Source: Planctomycetota bacterium (lineage in GTDB: Bacteria; Planctomycetota; UBA8108; UBA1146). Taken from it: 64,000 nt of DNA. Position 1 is the first letter of the stretch, and the number at the start of each line of letters is the position of its first letter. The stretch covers positions 15,829 through 79,828 of the forward strand of contig JAAZXB010000012.1 of NCBI GenBank assembly GCA_014240375.1, read 5' to 3'. Below, in pieces: positions 38,501-45,909 of this stretch. Position numbers and translations under genes: made by a program. The notes under the pieces were generated by a model. The model did no database searches. It was not told the origin of the DNA and was given only the letters and a program-made list of their open reading frames with translations.

Positions 38501-39150
38501 ACCGACGAGAGCCTTCGCAAACGGCTCCATCGGACAAAGCAGTCGACGATTCGAGGAGACGTCGGAAGCCGCAGTCGCCCGCCGCATCGTCCGCCGCATC
38601 GTCCGCCGCATCGTCCGCTGCATCGTCGGCAGAATCGTCGGCAGAATCGTCGGCAGAATCGTCGGCAGAATCGTCGGCAGAATCGAAACGTGAAATGAGT
38701 TCGCGTAAGCCTGTCCGGGATGGCCGATCGAACGCCACTCCCGAGAGGAGGGGATCCGCGGCCCGCGAACCGCAACCCCAGACCACGGAAGATGCCGCCG
38801 AGTCTGGTACGCGCCGCCCGGCAAAACCGTCGAAACGACCTGCAGAGAAACGACCTGCAGAGAAACAATCTGCAGAGAAACGACCTGCAGAGAAACAATC
38901 TGCAGAGAAACGACCTGCAGAGAGACGACCATCCCCCGACTGGCCGAGTTACGCCGACTCGAAGCGAGGGCCCGACCCGGAGGCGAAGCCTCGTTCGCCT
39001 GCGGCGGCGAAGCCTGCCCGCAAGGAGTCGCGACAGCAGAAGCCTCCCGCTGCGGCACCCGAGTCCCCTCCGGCGGCCTCGACCCCTCCGCCAAAACGAT
39101 CTGCCATCAGCGACTTCAAGCCCGATGACTGGACGATTCCGGAAGCATGA
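35572..39150 (+). CDS. Rad50/SbcC/SMC-like ABC ATPase with transmembrane hairpin in the coiled-coil region and a ~400-aa low-complexity repeat tail
   Basis: TTG start with GAGGGGGG 6 nt upstream. The N-terminal head has LKFRKLRIDNFP...IVGPNESGKSS (Walker A, AAA_23/SMC_N-type). The C-terminal head has THELSGGTLQG (signature motif) and FLFLDEPF (Walker B/D-loop). Between them are coiled-coil-like segments and two hydrophobic helices (ALVLFIAGLVGMVLGL, IGFLVAAFFAFLFVAACWL) near nt 36640-36840. The tail is encoded by four tandem-repeat arrays: ESAPRR-like about 24 times, EARSN 8 times, AASS/AESS 9 times, KRPAEKQSAE about 3 times. Confidence 0.8.
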   Translation: MLIRSLRAEGFLKFRKLRIDNFPRRALIGIVGPNESGKSSIGQLFQFALFGSTHHMVRGSITDLIHWDDDHCVVELDFEHADEGYRIWREMDRFGTSFARLVRIDKSGGPPGEEIASGALQVQREVQRRFHLGAGETMHSFYLAERESVTTPEQFRSFLDRVAGIDVLQGARGEASQALDLLEKDFTSVQEEIHRNDLHIQRLQPNIDKIPDLEEELKVRDSKVEEARAHGREMQRLVEQELKKRDEVQKIQLELRSIDTLIASESLRKSNGLIGLLQADLAPEPLRDQDSIITPLRDGLEQVSDACKIRAELEQCVIDSIESLKARLEGDQEGSIGTEKELQEQEIRNSSTSRVRHRAGALVLFIAGLVGMVLGLDLELDWGIGQKIQFLAQMEPEKGIGFLVAAFFAFLFVAACWLSTRASQCLQKTFDAQGILSRLQMEQNVGNSSLEAARAHVSRSSGGLDPGDDIGECRVRSVQEHLESLRAARREIHGVMGDLPGEFLAGKLKSALDRVRATLKERRKSMDESSDSVKRLRSKSDRIQSEIREYQNQDGRRQALSEVSDGSRKKSLAIRDEMDIHRLLVELLDETIESVRMRAGPSLGKGLCRLLPHLTGGRYRDAQVTPEFEIRLFTGDKSDFLQTHELSGGTLQGLSFGFRLAFAQAFVRAVTGAPQFLFLDEPFPAMDRERVLRTLQALPRLSQELSQVIVAHPDLDPAARQSFDLLIETDQSSDRLEIDLEDMSLPEVSAPRREPVQMSPTIPRSEPAARRESASRRESRPRRDSAPHRESAPRRDSAPHRESASRGESAPRRESAPRRESAPRRDSAPRGESAPRRESAPRRESAPRRESAPRRDSAPRGESAPRGESAPRRDSTPRGESASRRESAPRREPSPRRDSAPRREAGSGRESAGPPIESDDTTRPARSSGDDGRRRREARSNEARSNEARSNEARSNEARSNEARSNEARSNEARSNDRREPSQTAPSDKAVDDSRRRRKPQSPAASSAASSAASSAASSAESSAESSAESSAESSAESKREMSSRKPVRDGRSNATPERRGSAAREPQPQTTEDAAESGTRRPAKPSKRPAEKRPAEKQSAEKRPAEKQSAEKRPAERRPSPDWPSYADSKRGPDPEAKPRSPAAAKPARKESRQQKPPAAAPESPPAASTPPPKRSAISDFKPDDWTIPEA
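37870..38930 (+). repeat. Four adjacent in-frame tandem repeat arrays (18-bp x~24 at ~37870-38300; 15-bp gaagcacgcagtaac x8 at 38379-38500; 12-bp gccgcatcgtcc/gcagaatcgtcg x9 at 38581-38686; 15/30-bp cctgcagagaaacga/caatct at 38836-38926)
   Basis: Read directly from the sequence. The unit lengths are all multiples of 3. The long minus-strand ORFs across this region are repeat artifacts. Confidence 0.9.
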
Positions 39151-39911
39151 GCCCATCAGGAACTGCCACGGTGATCGATTCGACATCCACTCGTCGATGC
39201 ATCATCGCAGCGGACTTGCACTGCGATGGGTCGGCGCGGCGGCTGGCGATGCTGGAGGCTCTTTTGCGCAGCTGTCGCCAGCTGGATGCGAGTTGTTACC
39301 TGCTCGGAGACCTGTTTGACGTCTGGCTTGGACCGGGACAGTTGGCTCTCCAGCAGACGCGTCGGGAAGTGGAAGCCTTGCAACGTGCGGTGGCTGCGAA
39401 CATCGATGTGGTGGTGATTCCGGGAAATCGCGACTTCTTGCTCGACGAAGCGTTCGAACGTGCCACCGGGGTGGTTGTCGGGGGCGATCATCTATTGCTC
39501 GAGACCGGCGATCAACGGTGGCACCTGTCCCATGGAGACCTGTTCGGTACAGCCGATGTCGGATACCAGCGCCTTCGCAAGATCTTGCGAAGCGGACCGT
39601 TCCGAATGCTGGTTCGCCACATGCCGCTGCTGTTGTGTCGCGCCCTCGCCACTTTTTTGCGTCGTCGTTCTCGCAAATCTTTGCAGCGCAAGGATCCGGC
39701 GCGGATTCAGCCGGACCTGCAGGTGATCGGGCAACTGGTGGAGAGCGGTTTTGACCAGGTGGTGTGTGGCCACTACCATCGACCCAGTGAGGAATTTCTG
39801 GAGCGGGGGGGGAGTTGCGGAATCTTCACCGTTCTCGAGGCGTTCGAGGATCGCGGGGCCCATCTCTTCATCGAGGACGGAGTGGTGGAACTCCGATACC
39901 TTCCGTCATGA
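39147..39911 (+). CDS. LpxH-like calcineurin-type metallophosphoesterase (UDP-2,3-diacylglucosamine hydrolase family)
   Basis: The motifs are AADLHCDG, LGDLFDVWLG, GNRDFLLDE, SHGDLF and GHYHR. The GDLFDxW plus GNRD pattern matches LpxH rather than SbcD/Mre11, which have GDxFD plus GNHD. The start overlaps the ATPase stop (ATGA); an alternative GTG lies about 24 nt downstream. Confidence 0.7.
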   Translation: MSPSGTATVIDSTSTRRCIIAADLHCDGSARRLAMLEALLRSCRQLDASCYLLGDLFDVWLGPGQLALQQTRREVEALQRAVAANIDVVVIPGNRDFLLDEAFERATGVVVGGDHLLLETGDQRWHLSHGDLFGTADVGYQRLRKILRSGPFRMLVRHMPLLLCRALATFLRRRSRKSLQRKDPARIQPDLQVIGQLVESGFDQVVCGHYHRPSEEFLERGGSCGIFTVLEAFEDRGAHLFIEDGVVELRYLPS

Positions 39912-39948
39912 GCCGTGCAAGAATGCCTTCGGTGGCACGGAACCGCCG

Positions 39949-40944
39949 ATGATCGGACTCAAGGCTCCACCACTGGCGGTCATCGTCGCAGGACCGACTT
40001 GCGGTGGCAAATCGCAACTGGCGCAGAAGATCGCCGAGCAGATGAACTGGCCGGTACATGTGATGGACTCGATGAAGGTCTATCGAGGTATGGATATCGG
40101 CAGCGCCAAGCCGTCTGAGGAGCTACGGCAGGGGCGTCCCTTCACGATGGTTGATCTGGTCGACCCCTGGCAAGAGTTCACCGTGTTCGACTGGTTACAG
40201 GCGTTGGCCGCCCAGGTCCCCACCGATCAGCCCTGGCTCTTCAGCGGTGGCACCAGTTTCTATCTACACGCCTTGCGAGAGGGGATCTTTGCCGGGCCCG
40301 GGTCCGATCCGCAGATCCGTCAACGTCTCGCCCACCAGGGACAGACCTCACCTGCGGGTACTCTCCATCAGCGCCTGGTGGAGGTCGATCCGGAAGTCGC
40401 ACGACAGATCCACCCCAACAACCACAAGCGCATCATCCGGGCGCTGGAGGTGTATGAGATCAGTGGCGAACCGATCACCGTGTGGCACCAACGACGGGTT
40501 CCCATCATCGATGCCCGGCGGACACTTCTACTGGGGGTGCATCGCCAGCGAGAAGAGATCCATCAGAGGATCGCTCGGCGCATCGAGGCGATGTTCGAGG
40601 CGGGTTGGGTGGCGGAGGTGGAGCAGTTACTGGCGAATCACGATCCTCCCTGGAGTCATACCGCGGCCCAATCGATCGGGTACCAGCAAATCGCCAAGGC
40701 ACTACAAGACGGCACCGACCCCCACCAACAAGTTGAATCGATCCAGGTCAAGACTCGTGCGCTGGTTCGATCCCAGATGGCCTGGGCTCGCAAGTTGCCC
40801 ATCGAATGGTATTCACCTGAAGAGGCAGCACTCGCTCTCGAGCGAGTGCAACAGGTGATGTCCGAGGTGGAGTCAGGAGGCGAGATCACTGCCGCTCCCG
40901 CCAGCCGATTGAAGTTGCATGAGAATCAGGAGAATCAGGATTGA
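39949..40944 (+). CDS. miaA: tRNA dimethylallyltransferase
   Basis: VIVAGPTCGGKSQLA P-loop, VMDSMKVYRGMDIGSAKP, and the overall MiaA layout. The upstream 66 codons of the tracked ORF were trimmed. Confidence 0.85.
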   Translation: MIGLKAPPLAVIVAGPTCGGKSQLAQKIAEQMNWPVHVMDSMKVYRGMDIGSAKPSEELRQGRPFTMVDLVDPWQEFTVFDWLQALAAQVPTDQPWLFSGGTSFYLHALREGIFAGPGSDPQIRQRLAHQGQTSPAGTLHQRLVEVDPEVARQIHPNNHKRIIRALEVYEISGEPITVWHQRRVPIIDARRTLLLGVHRQREEIHQRIARRIEAMFEAGWVAEVEQLLANHDPPWSHTAAQSIGYQQIAKALQDGTDPHQQVESIQVKTRALVRSQMAWARKLPIEWYSPEEAALALERVQQVMSEVESGGEITAAPASRLKLHENQENQD

Positions 40945-40988
40945 CGATTCTGCCGCGCATCTCTGCTGCTGGATCTCGCGATATAATC

Positions 40989-41038
40989 AGGCACGATAAA
41001 AAAACAGGCACAAAAAAACAGGCCCGGATGCTTGAGCA
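40989..41038 (-). terminator. Intrinsic terminator for the minus-strand lipoprotein gene
   Basis: On the minus strand a CAGGCCCGG/CCGGGCCTG hairpin (11-nt loop) is followed by TTTTTTTGTGCCTGTTTTTTT. Confidence 0.6.
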
Positions 41039-41081
41039 CCCGGGCCTGAGTCGATCGCTACTGGCCGACGAAAACGTGCGA

Positions 41082-41309
41082 CTAGTACTGTTCGATCGGA
41101 CGGTCGTCGAGATCCCAGACGATGCGGTCGATGTCGGTGCGTGCAGCCCGCAGGTCATCACCCATCTGACGGAAGACTCGCTTCCAGTACAGGCTCGAGG
41201 CCACGGTACTCTTGGGGCCCGAGGAACAGCCGGCGAAGGCCAGGGTCATTCCAAGGCACAGGAGCAGGACGAAAGTACGTGTAGTTCGACGATTGGAGTT
41301 AGGACTCAT
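41082..41309 (-). CDS. Small secreted/lipoprotein-like hypothetical protein (75 aa)
   Basis: Strong GAGGGAGGG Shine-Dalgarno before the ATG. Signal peptide MSPNSNRRTTRTFVLLLCLGMTLAFAGC. A terminator follows. Confidence 0.55.
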   Translation of the reverse strand: MSPNSNRRTTRTFVLLLCLGMTLAFAGCSSGPKSTVASSLYWKRVFRQMGDDLRAARTDIDRIVWDLDDRPIEQY

Positions 41310-41659
41310 GGTCCCTCCCTCATTTCTCTCTCTGGCGGCCGGACGCTGGACCGGAGTATACGGTCCAGTTTCGGCGGGTTTTCTTTCCGAGGCTCCCTCG
41401 ATACCGCTGAAGGCATCGCTAGGAAGGGAGAAGAGTAAGTGCCACCGGCCTCGAAGTCAACGAACCCGATCCGGTCTCTTTGACCCCTGTGGCTGAGCGG
41501 GCTAGGATCCGGGTAATAGCGGACCGGATCTCTTCCCACCGGGGGGGCTGGAGCGGTCCGCACCTGGCCGTACCAGGCTGCTTTTGGCTGCATCCGGCCA
41601 GAGATCATGCCTGGTCAGGGACTGTACAGGCTGTACCGGAGCTGGAGACAGGGGGAATC

Positions 41660-43189
41660 GTGTCTGAGGAGCGGATCCGCGAGATCAAGATCGAGAAGAT
41701 CCAGAAGTTGCGAGATCAGGGGATCCAACCGTATCCGGAGCGCTGGGAACGGACCCACACACCGGAGCAGGCTGCACGGCTCGAGCCGGAGGTGACAGGA
41801 GTTCGTGTCTGTGGACGGATTGTCAGCCGCCGAGATTTTGGCAAGTTGACCTTCTTTGACCTGCAAGATGCCAATGGACGCATCCAGTGTTCGCTCCAGC
41901 GAGATGGCATCGGCAAGGAGTCCTATTCTGATTTCATCAAACTGGTCGATGTCGGAGATTTCGTCGGCATCGAGGGAGAGACCTATCACACCAAGATTGG
42001 TCAGTTGACGGTACGAGGAGCGAGCTGGCAGCTGCTCGGCAAGATGTTGCGTCCGATGCCAGAAAAATTCCATGCCATTTCCGATCGAGAAATTCGCTAC
42101 CGTCGTCGCTACCTCGACCTGATTACCGACGAGCAGTCGCGCGCGCGCTTCCGTTTGCGCCGCGATTTCATCCGGGGACTTCGTCAGGGTCTGGAAGAGG
42201 CTGATTTCGATGAGGTCGAGACGCCGGTGTTGCAGACCAAGCCATCGGGAGCGTTGGCGACTCCCTTCGAGACTCACCACGCAGCTCTCGACATGCCGGT
42301 ATACCTGAGGATCGCTCCAGAGACTTATTTGAAGCGCTGCGTGGTGGCGGGTTTCGACCGTGTTTACGAGTTTGCACGGGTGTTCCGCAACGAGGGAATG
42401 GATCCCTCTCACCTGCAGGACTTCACGATGCTCGAGTATTACGCGTCCTACTGGAACTACATCGACAACATGGACTTCACCGAGAAGTTGCTCAGTACGG
42501 TGATCGAGCAATGCACTGGATCGCTCCAGGTGCCTCATGCCGCCGGTGAGATCGATTTCTCAGGGCCGTGGCCACGGCGATCGCTGCTCGAGTTGATCGA
42601 GCAGAGTACTGGCATTGCCGTTGAATCCTGCCCCGATGCAGATTCGTTGCGATCGGCACTCGAGGCGGCCGGAATCCACATCGATGGGGCACCAAAGCTG
42701 GGTCGAGGCGCACTCATCGATCAGTTGTACAAGAAAACAGTTCGTCCCAGCATCACGCAACCGACCTTTATCACCTCGCATCCGGTGGACCTCTCGCCGT
42801 TGGCCCGCAGGAACGATGATGAACCGACCATCTCCGACCGTTTCCAGCTGGTGATCCACGGCTGGGAGGTGATCAATGCGTACTCCGAACTGGTCGACCC
42901 GATCGACCAGCGGCAGCGTCTTGAAGAGCAGGCCAAGCTCAATGCCGAGGGCGACGATGAGGCGATGATGATGGACGAGGACTATCTGCTGGCGATGGAA
43001 CATGGGATGCCACCCATCTCCGGCTGGGGGATGGGGATCGACCGCATCGTGGCACTGCTCTGCGGTGCCGAGAATCTGCGCGATGTCGTGCTGTTTCCAT
43101 TACTCAAGCCTGAAGAGGGCAGCGCCATCGATGATGCGATCCTCGAAGCGGGCGAGGAGGCTCCCGCCATCGAGGGGGCAGAGGCCTGA
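41660..43189 (+). CDS. lysS: Lysine--tRNA ligase (class II)
   Basis: GTG start with AGGGGGA upstream. N-terminal anticodon-binding OB fold (RVCGRIVSRRDFGKLTFFDLQD) and class II motifs (FRNEG, GWGMGIDR). The upstream 60 codons of the tracked ORF were trimmed. Confidence 0.85.
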   Translation: MSEERIREIKIEKIQKLRDQGIQPYPERWERTHTPEQAARLEPEVTGVRVCGRIVSRRDFGKLTFFDLQDANGRIQCSLQRDGIGKESYSDFIKLVDVGDFVGIEGETYHTKIGQLTVRGASWQLLGKMLRPMPEKFHAISDREIRYRRRYLDLITDEQSRARFRLRRDFIRGLRQGLEEADFDEVETPVLQTKPSGALATPFETHHAALDMPVYLRIAPETYLKRCVVAGFDRVYEFARVFRNEGMDPSHLQDFTMLEYYASYWNYIDNMDFTEKLLSTVIEQCTGSLQVPHAAGEIDFSGPWPRRSLLELIEQSTGIAVESCPDADSLRSALEAAGIHIDGAPKLGRGALIDQLYKKTVRPSITQPTFITSHPVDLSPLARRNDDEPTISDRFQLVIHGWEVINAYSELVDPIDQRQRLEEQAKLNAEGDDEAMMMDEDYLLAMEHGMPPISGWGMGIDRIVALLCGAENLRDVVLFPLLKPEEGSAIDDAILEAGEEAPAIEGAEA

Positions 43190-43201
43190 GGGTCTCAGTC
43201 A

Positions 43202-44191
43202 CTACTGTTGCAGGTGGAACGGATCCCACCCTTGGGTTTCGCGCTGTAACGTTGCTCCGCCCAGTCGCACCTGCACCCGATCCGTGGTGATCGGCGCTCT
43301 GTCGGCGGAATCGATCACTCCAATCTGGTGCCAGCGTGTCGAATGTTGCACAGCGATCTCTGCAAATCGGTCGATGGCGTCGGGCTCGATCGCCATCAGT
43401 AACTCGTAATCTTCTCCACCCGCCAGCACCTGATCGGCAGTCGGGGCCAGGGCAGTGCCGACCAACGCATCGATGTCGATGGTGGCGCGCTGGCCACTGG
43501 CCTGGCAAAGGCGTTCCAGATCGATGTGAAGTCCGTCACTCACATCGATGGCCGCGTTGACGATCGGGCCATCGACTTGCGCCTGCGCCAGTGCCCGGGC
43601 AACATCGAGGCGCGAGATCGGCGAACTCCAGCGATCTTCACCGTGCGGGGGGAGATCGACTCCACCGCCGCCCGCAATTTTCTCTCGTGCCTGGGCAGCC
43701 ATGCCCGGGTCACCGGTCACCAGCAGCAGATCACCCTCCTTGGCGCCGCTGCGGCGCCATTCGCGCCCGCTCTGGATCCGTCCAAGGCAGGTACAGTGGA
43801 GCGAGAGGGCGCCGTCGCTGGCGGTGACATTGCCCCCCAGTAGGCGGATTCCGAGGCGCGCGCACTCCTCGTCGATGGCTCGCCAAAACCGATCACCCAG
43901 TCGGCCAGGAAGGCGCGGTGTTGCGACCGATAGCAAGAATCCGACGGCGCTCGCTCCCATTGCGGACAGGTCGCTGAAGCTGCAGCGAAGCAAGCGACGC
44001 GCCAGCGTTTCATCGTCGAGCCAATCAGCGATGAAGTGTTGCCCCTCGACCATCGCATCGACGGTCAGAACCGGTGAATCGGTGGCCAGAGGGGGGCCGA
44101 CGGCAGCGTCGTCACCGGGTCCGAGGAAGGAGCGAGAGGGCTCACCGCTGCGTGGCAGGATGTAAGTCTCGATCCACTGCGATTCGGTCAT
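43202..44191 (-). CDS. thiL: Thiamine-monophosphate kinase
   Basis: AIR-synthase-related fold with the ThiL-typical GEDYELL and DAMVEGQHF motifs. Confidence 0.8.
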   Translation of the reverse strand: MTESQWIETYILPRSGEPSRSFLGPGDDAAVGPPLATDSPVLTVDAMVEGQHFIADWLDDETLARRLLRCSFSDLSAMGASAVGFLLSVATPRLPGRLGDRFWRAIDEECARLGIRLLGGNVTASDGALSLHCTCLGRIQSGREWRRSGAKEGDLLLVTGDPGMAAQAREKIAGGGGVDLPPHGEDRWSSPISRLDVARALAQAQVDGPIVNAAIDVSDGLHIDLERLCQASGQRATIDIDALVGTALAPTADQVLAGGEDYELLMAIEPDAIDRFAEIAVQHSTRWHQIGVIDSADRAPITTDRVQVRLGGATLQRETQGWDPFHLQQ

Positions 44192-45828
44192 GACGAGGCT
44201 CTCGCGCCGTCGCCACCGGGGACCGGATCGGGGAACTCTTCCAGCAGTAACTGATCGATTTCCGCCTGCACATCTTGCAGCGCTTCGTCGGATAGGATTC
44301 CTTCTCGATAGGCCTCTTCCACCGCAGATCGCTGACGATGGAGCAGCCGGATCACCACATCCCTGACCTGTTCTGCCGCGAATTCGGGGTGATCTTCCAG
44401 CACTTGTTTCAGATCCTCGCGGATCGAATCACGAATCGACAGCAGGCGATCGCGCAAAGACTCGATGCGTTGCGGATCGATCTCGGTGCTGGAGACCGCA
44501 TCGGCGAGCTCCTCGATGGCGGTCTCGACGGCGATCGAACGCGCCTGGTGTCGTTCCCAACGCCTTCTCGCCTCGAGCGGACGAACGATCTTGAGCCGTC
44601 TCAACAGCCACTTGAGTGAGGTGCCCTGGATCAACATCGATAACATCACGACCCCTGCGACGATGGCTTGGAGCCGTGGTGCCACATCGATGAGGGCGAT
44701 CGAGCCGGTCAGGCCGAGCGCCAGTGCCACCGGCACCGTGCCCTTGAGGCCGCCCCAGTGAATGATGTGCAGCCACGATCGCGGATAGGTGCCACGCACC
44801 GCCTGATCGACACCGCCGATGGCGTAGGTCATCAATGCTCGCGCTGCAGTGGCGGCGAGCCAGACCAGTAGAACCAGGTGGAAGTTCTCGACCACCAGCA
44901 CCGGATCGACCGCAAAGCCGATGGCGATGAAGGCGAGCGAGTTGGCGATGAAGGCGATGACCTCCCAGGTCAAGCCGAGGCTCAAGATGGCGGTGGCACT
45001 CATGGCGGTCTGGCGACCGACATTGCCGACCATCAATCCGGCAAACACCACGGCGATCACCCCGGAAGCCTCGAATCGTTCCGCCAGCATGTAGGATCCA
45101 TAGGCGAGCAGGATCGAGAAGAGCACCTCGATCAGATGCTCGTCGATCCGTTCGATCAGCCAGTTGACCAGCGAGCCGAGCGATAACCCCACCAGCGCTC
45201 CGACTCCAATCATGTGGACGAAGGTGAGCAATCCCTCCGCGACGGTGATCTCTTGCCACCCCTGTTCCAGGCCACGCATCAGCAACAGGTAGAGCACCAC
45301 CACCAGGCCATCATTGAACAGTGATTCCCCCTCGACGATGGTCGAGAGTCGCTTTTCAACAGCCTGTTCACGGAAGATCGCCAGTACGCTGACCGGATCG
45401 GTGGGACTGACCATCGCTCCCAGGAGTAACGACAGATCCCAGTCCCAACCGGTCAAAGAACGGATCGCCGCGGTGGTGAGCAAGATGCAACCCAAGGTGC
45501 CGAGCAGCGCCATGGTGGCGATCAGCGTGCCATTTTCCTTCAGTTTCGAGAAGGCGGTGTTCATCGCCCCTTCGAAGAGCAGAGGAGGCAACAGGATCAG
45601 CAGGATCAGTTCCTCGGTCAGTGCGAAGTGGTCGGCACCACTCGGGAGAGCGCCCTGATGACGCAAGAATCCGATCGCTGCACCGGCGACCACCAGCCCA
45701 ACGGTGTAGGGGATGCGCAGCCTACGGGTGACCAGGGCCACCAGCATCGCCCCCAGCAGCAGCAGCACCAGGTCATCGAGCAGTGGCAAGGATTGGCTCG
45801 CCAGGGCCAAACTGTGGACCGAGATCAT
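44188..45828 (-). CDS. Na+/H+ antiporter, CPA1 (NhaP-type) with C-terminal cytoplasmic regulatory domain
   Basis: Start MISVHSL with GGAGGAG 6 nt upstream. About 12 TM segments and a FNDG motif. The stop overlaps the thiL start (ATGA). Confidence 0.85.
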   Translation of the reverse strand: MISVHSLALASQSLPLLDDLVLLLLGAMLVALVTRRLRIPYTVGLVVAGAAIGFLRHQGALPSGADHFALTEELILLILLPPLLFEGAMNTAFSKLKENGTLIATMALLGTLGCILLTTAAIRSLTGWDWDLSLLLGAMVSPTDPVSVLAIFREQAVEKRLSTIVEGESLFNDGLVVVLYLLLMRGLEQGWQEITVAEGLLTFVHMIGVGALVGLSLGSLVNWLIERIDEHLIEVLFSILLAYGSYMLAERFEASGVIAVVFAGLMVGNVGRQTAMSATAILSLGLTWEVIAFIANSLAFIAIGFAVDPVLVVENFHLVLLVWLAATAARALMTYAIGGVDQAVRGTYPRSWLHIIHWGGLKGTVPVALALGLTGSIALIDVAPRLQAIVAGVVMLSMLIQGTSLKWLLRRLKIVRPLEARRRWERHQARSIAVETAIEELADAVSSTEIDPQRIESLRDRLLSIRDSIREDLKQVLEDHPEFAAEQVRDVVIRLLHRQRSAVEEAYREGILSDEALQDVQAEIDQLLLEEFPDPVPGGDGARASS

Positions 45829-45870
45829 CGAGACTCCTCCCGGCAAGAGAGTGCCCCGTGACGGCGCTGT

Positions 45871-45888
45871 GAGCAAGGAACCTTGCTC
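45871..45888. promoter_or_regulatory. 18-bp perfect palindrome (candidate operator) in divergent intergenic region
   Basis: GAGCAAGG-aa-CCTTGCTC lies between the nhaP start (45828) and the downstream +strand gene. Confidence 0.35.
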
Positions 45889-45909
45889 CAACGATCTCGA
45901 TACGATCTG

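Noticed and set aside
37870-38930. Possible CRISPR array
   Set aside because: The repeats are contiguous, with no unique spacers. Their unit lengths (12, 15 and 18 bp) are far shorter than CRISPR repeats, and they are in-frame inside a CDS.
37761-39186. Three long minus-strand ORFs (341, 299, 322 aa) and +strand 37865-38698
   Set aside because: They lie inside the tandem-repeat arrays of the ATPase tail. The periodic sequence removes stops in all frames. There is no independent evidence for them.
39147-39911. SbcD/Mre11 nuclease interpretation of the phosphoesterase downstream of the SMC-like ATPase (which would make an SbcCD pair)
   Set aside because: The GDLFDVW plus GNRDF plus GHYH motif pattern and the length match LpxH-type pyrophosphatases rather than SbcD. 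SbcD has GDVFD and GNHD and a longer C-terminal capping domain.
41480-41659. 5' 60 codons of tracked lysS ORF
   Set aside because: LysS homology begins at the GTG at 41660, which has an AGGGGGA Shine-Dalgarno. The upstream translation (His/Arg/Trp-rich) is unlike any LysS N-terminus.
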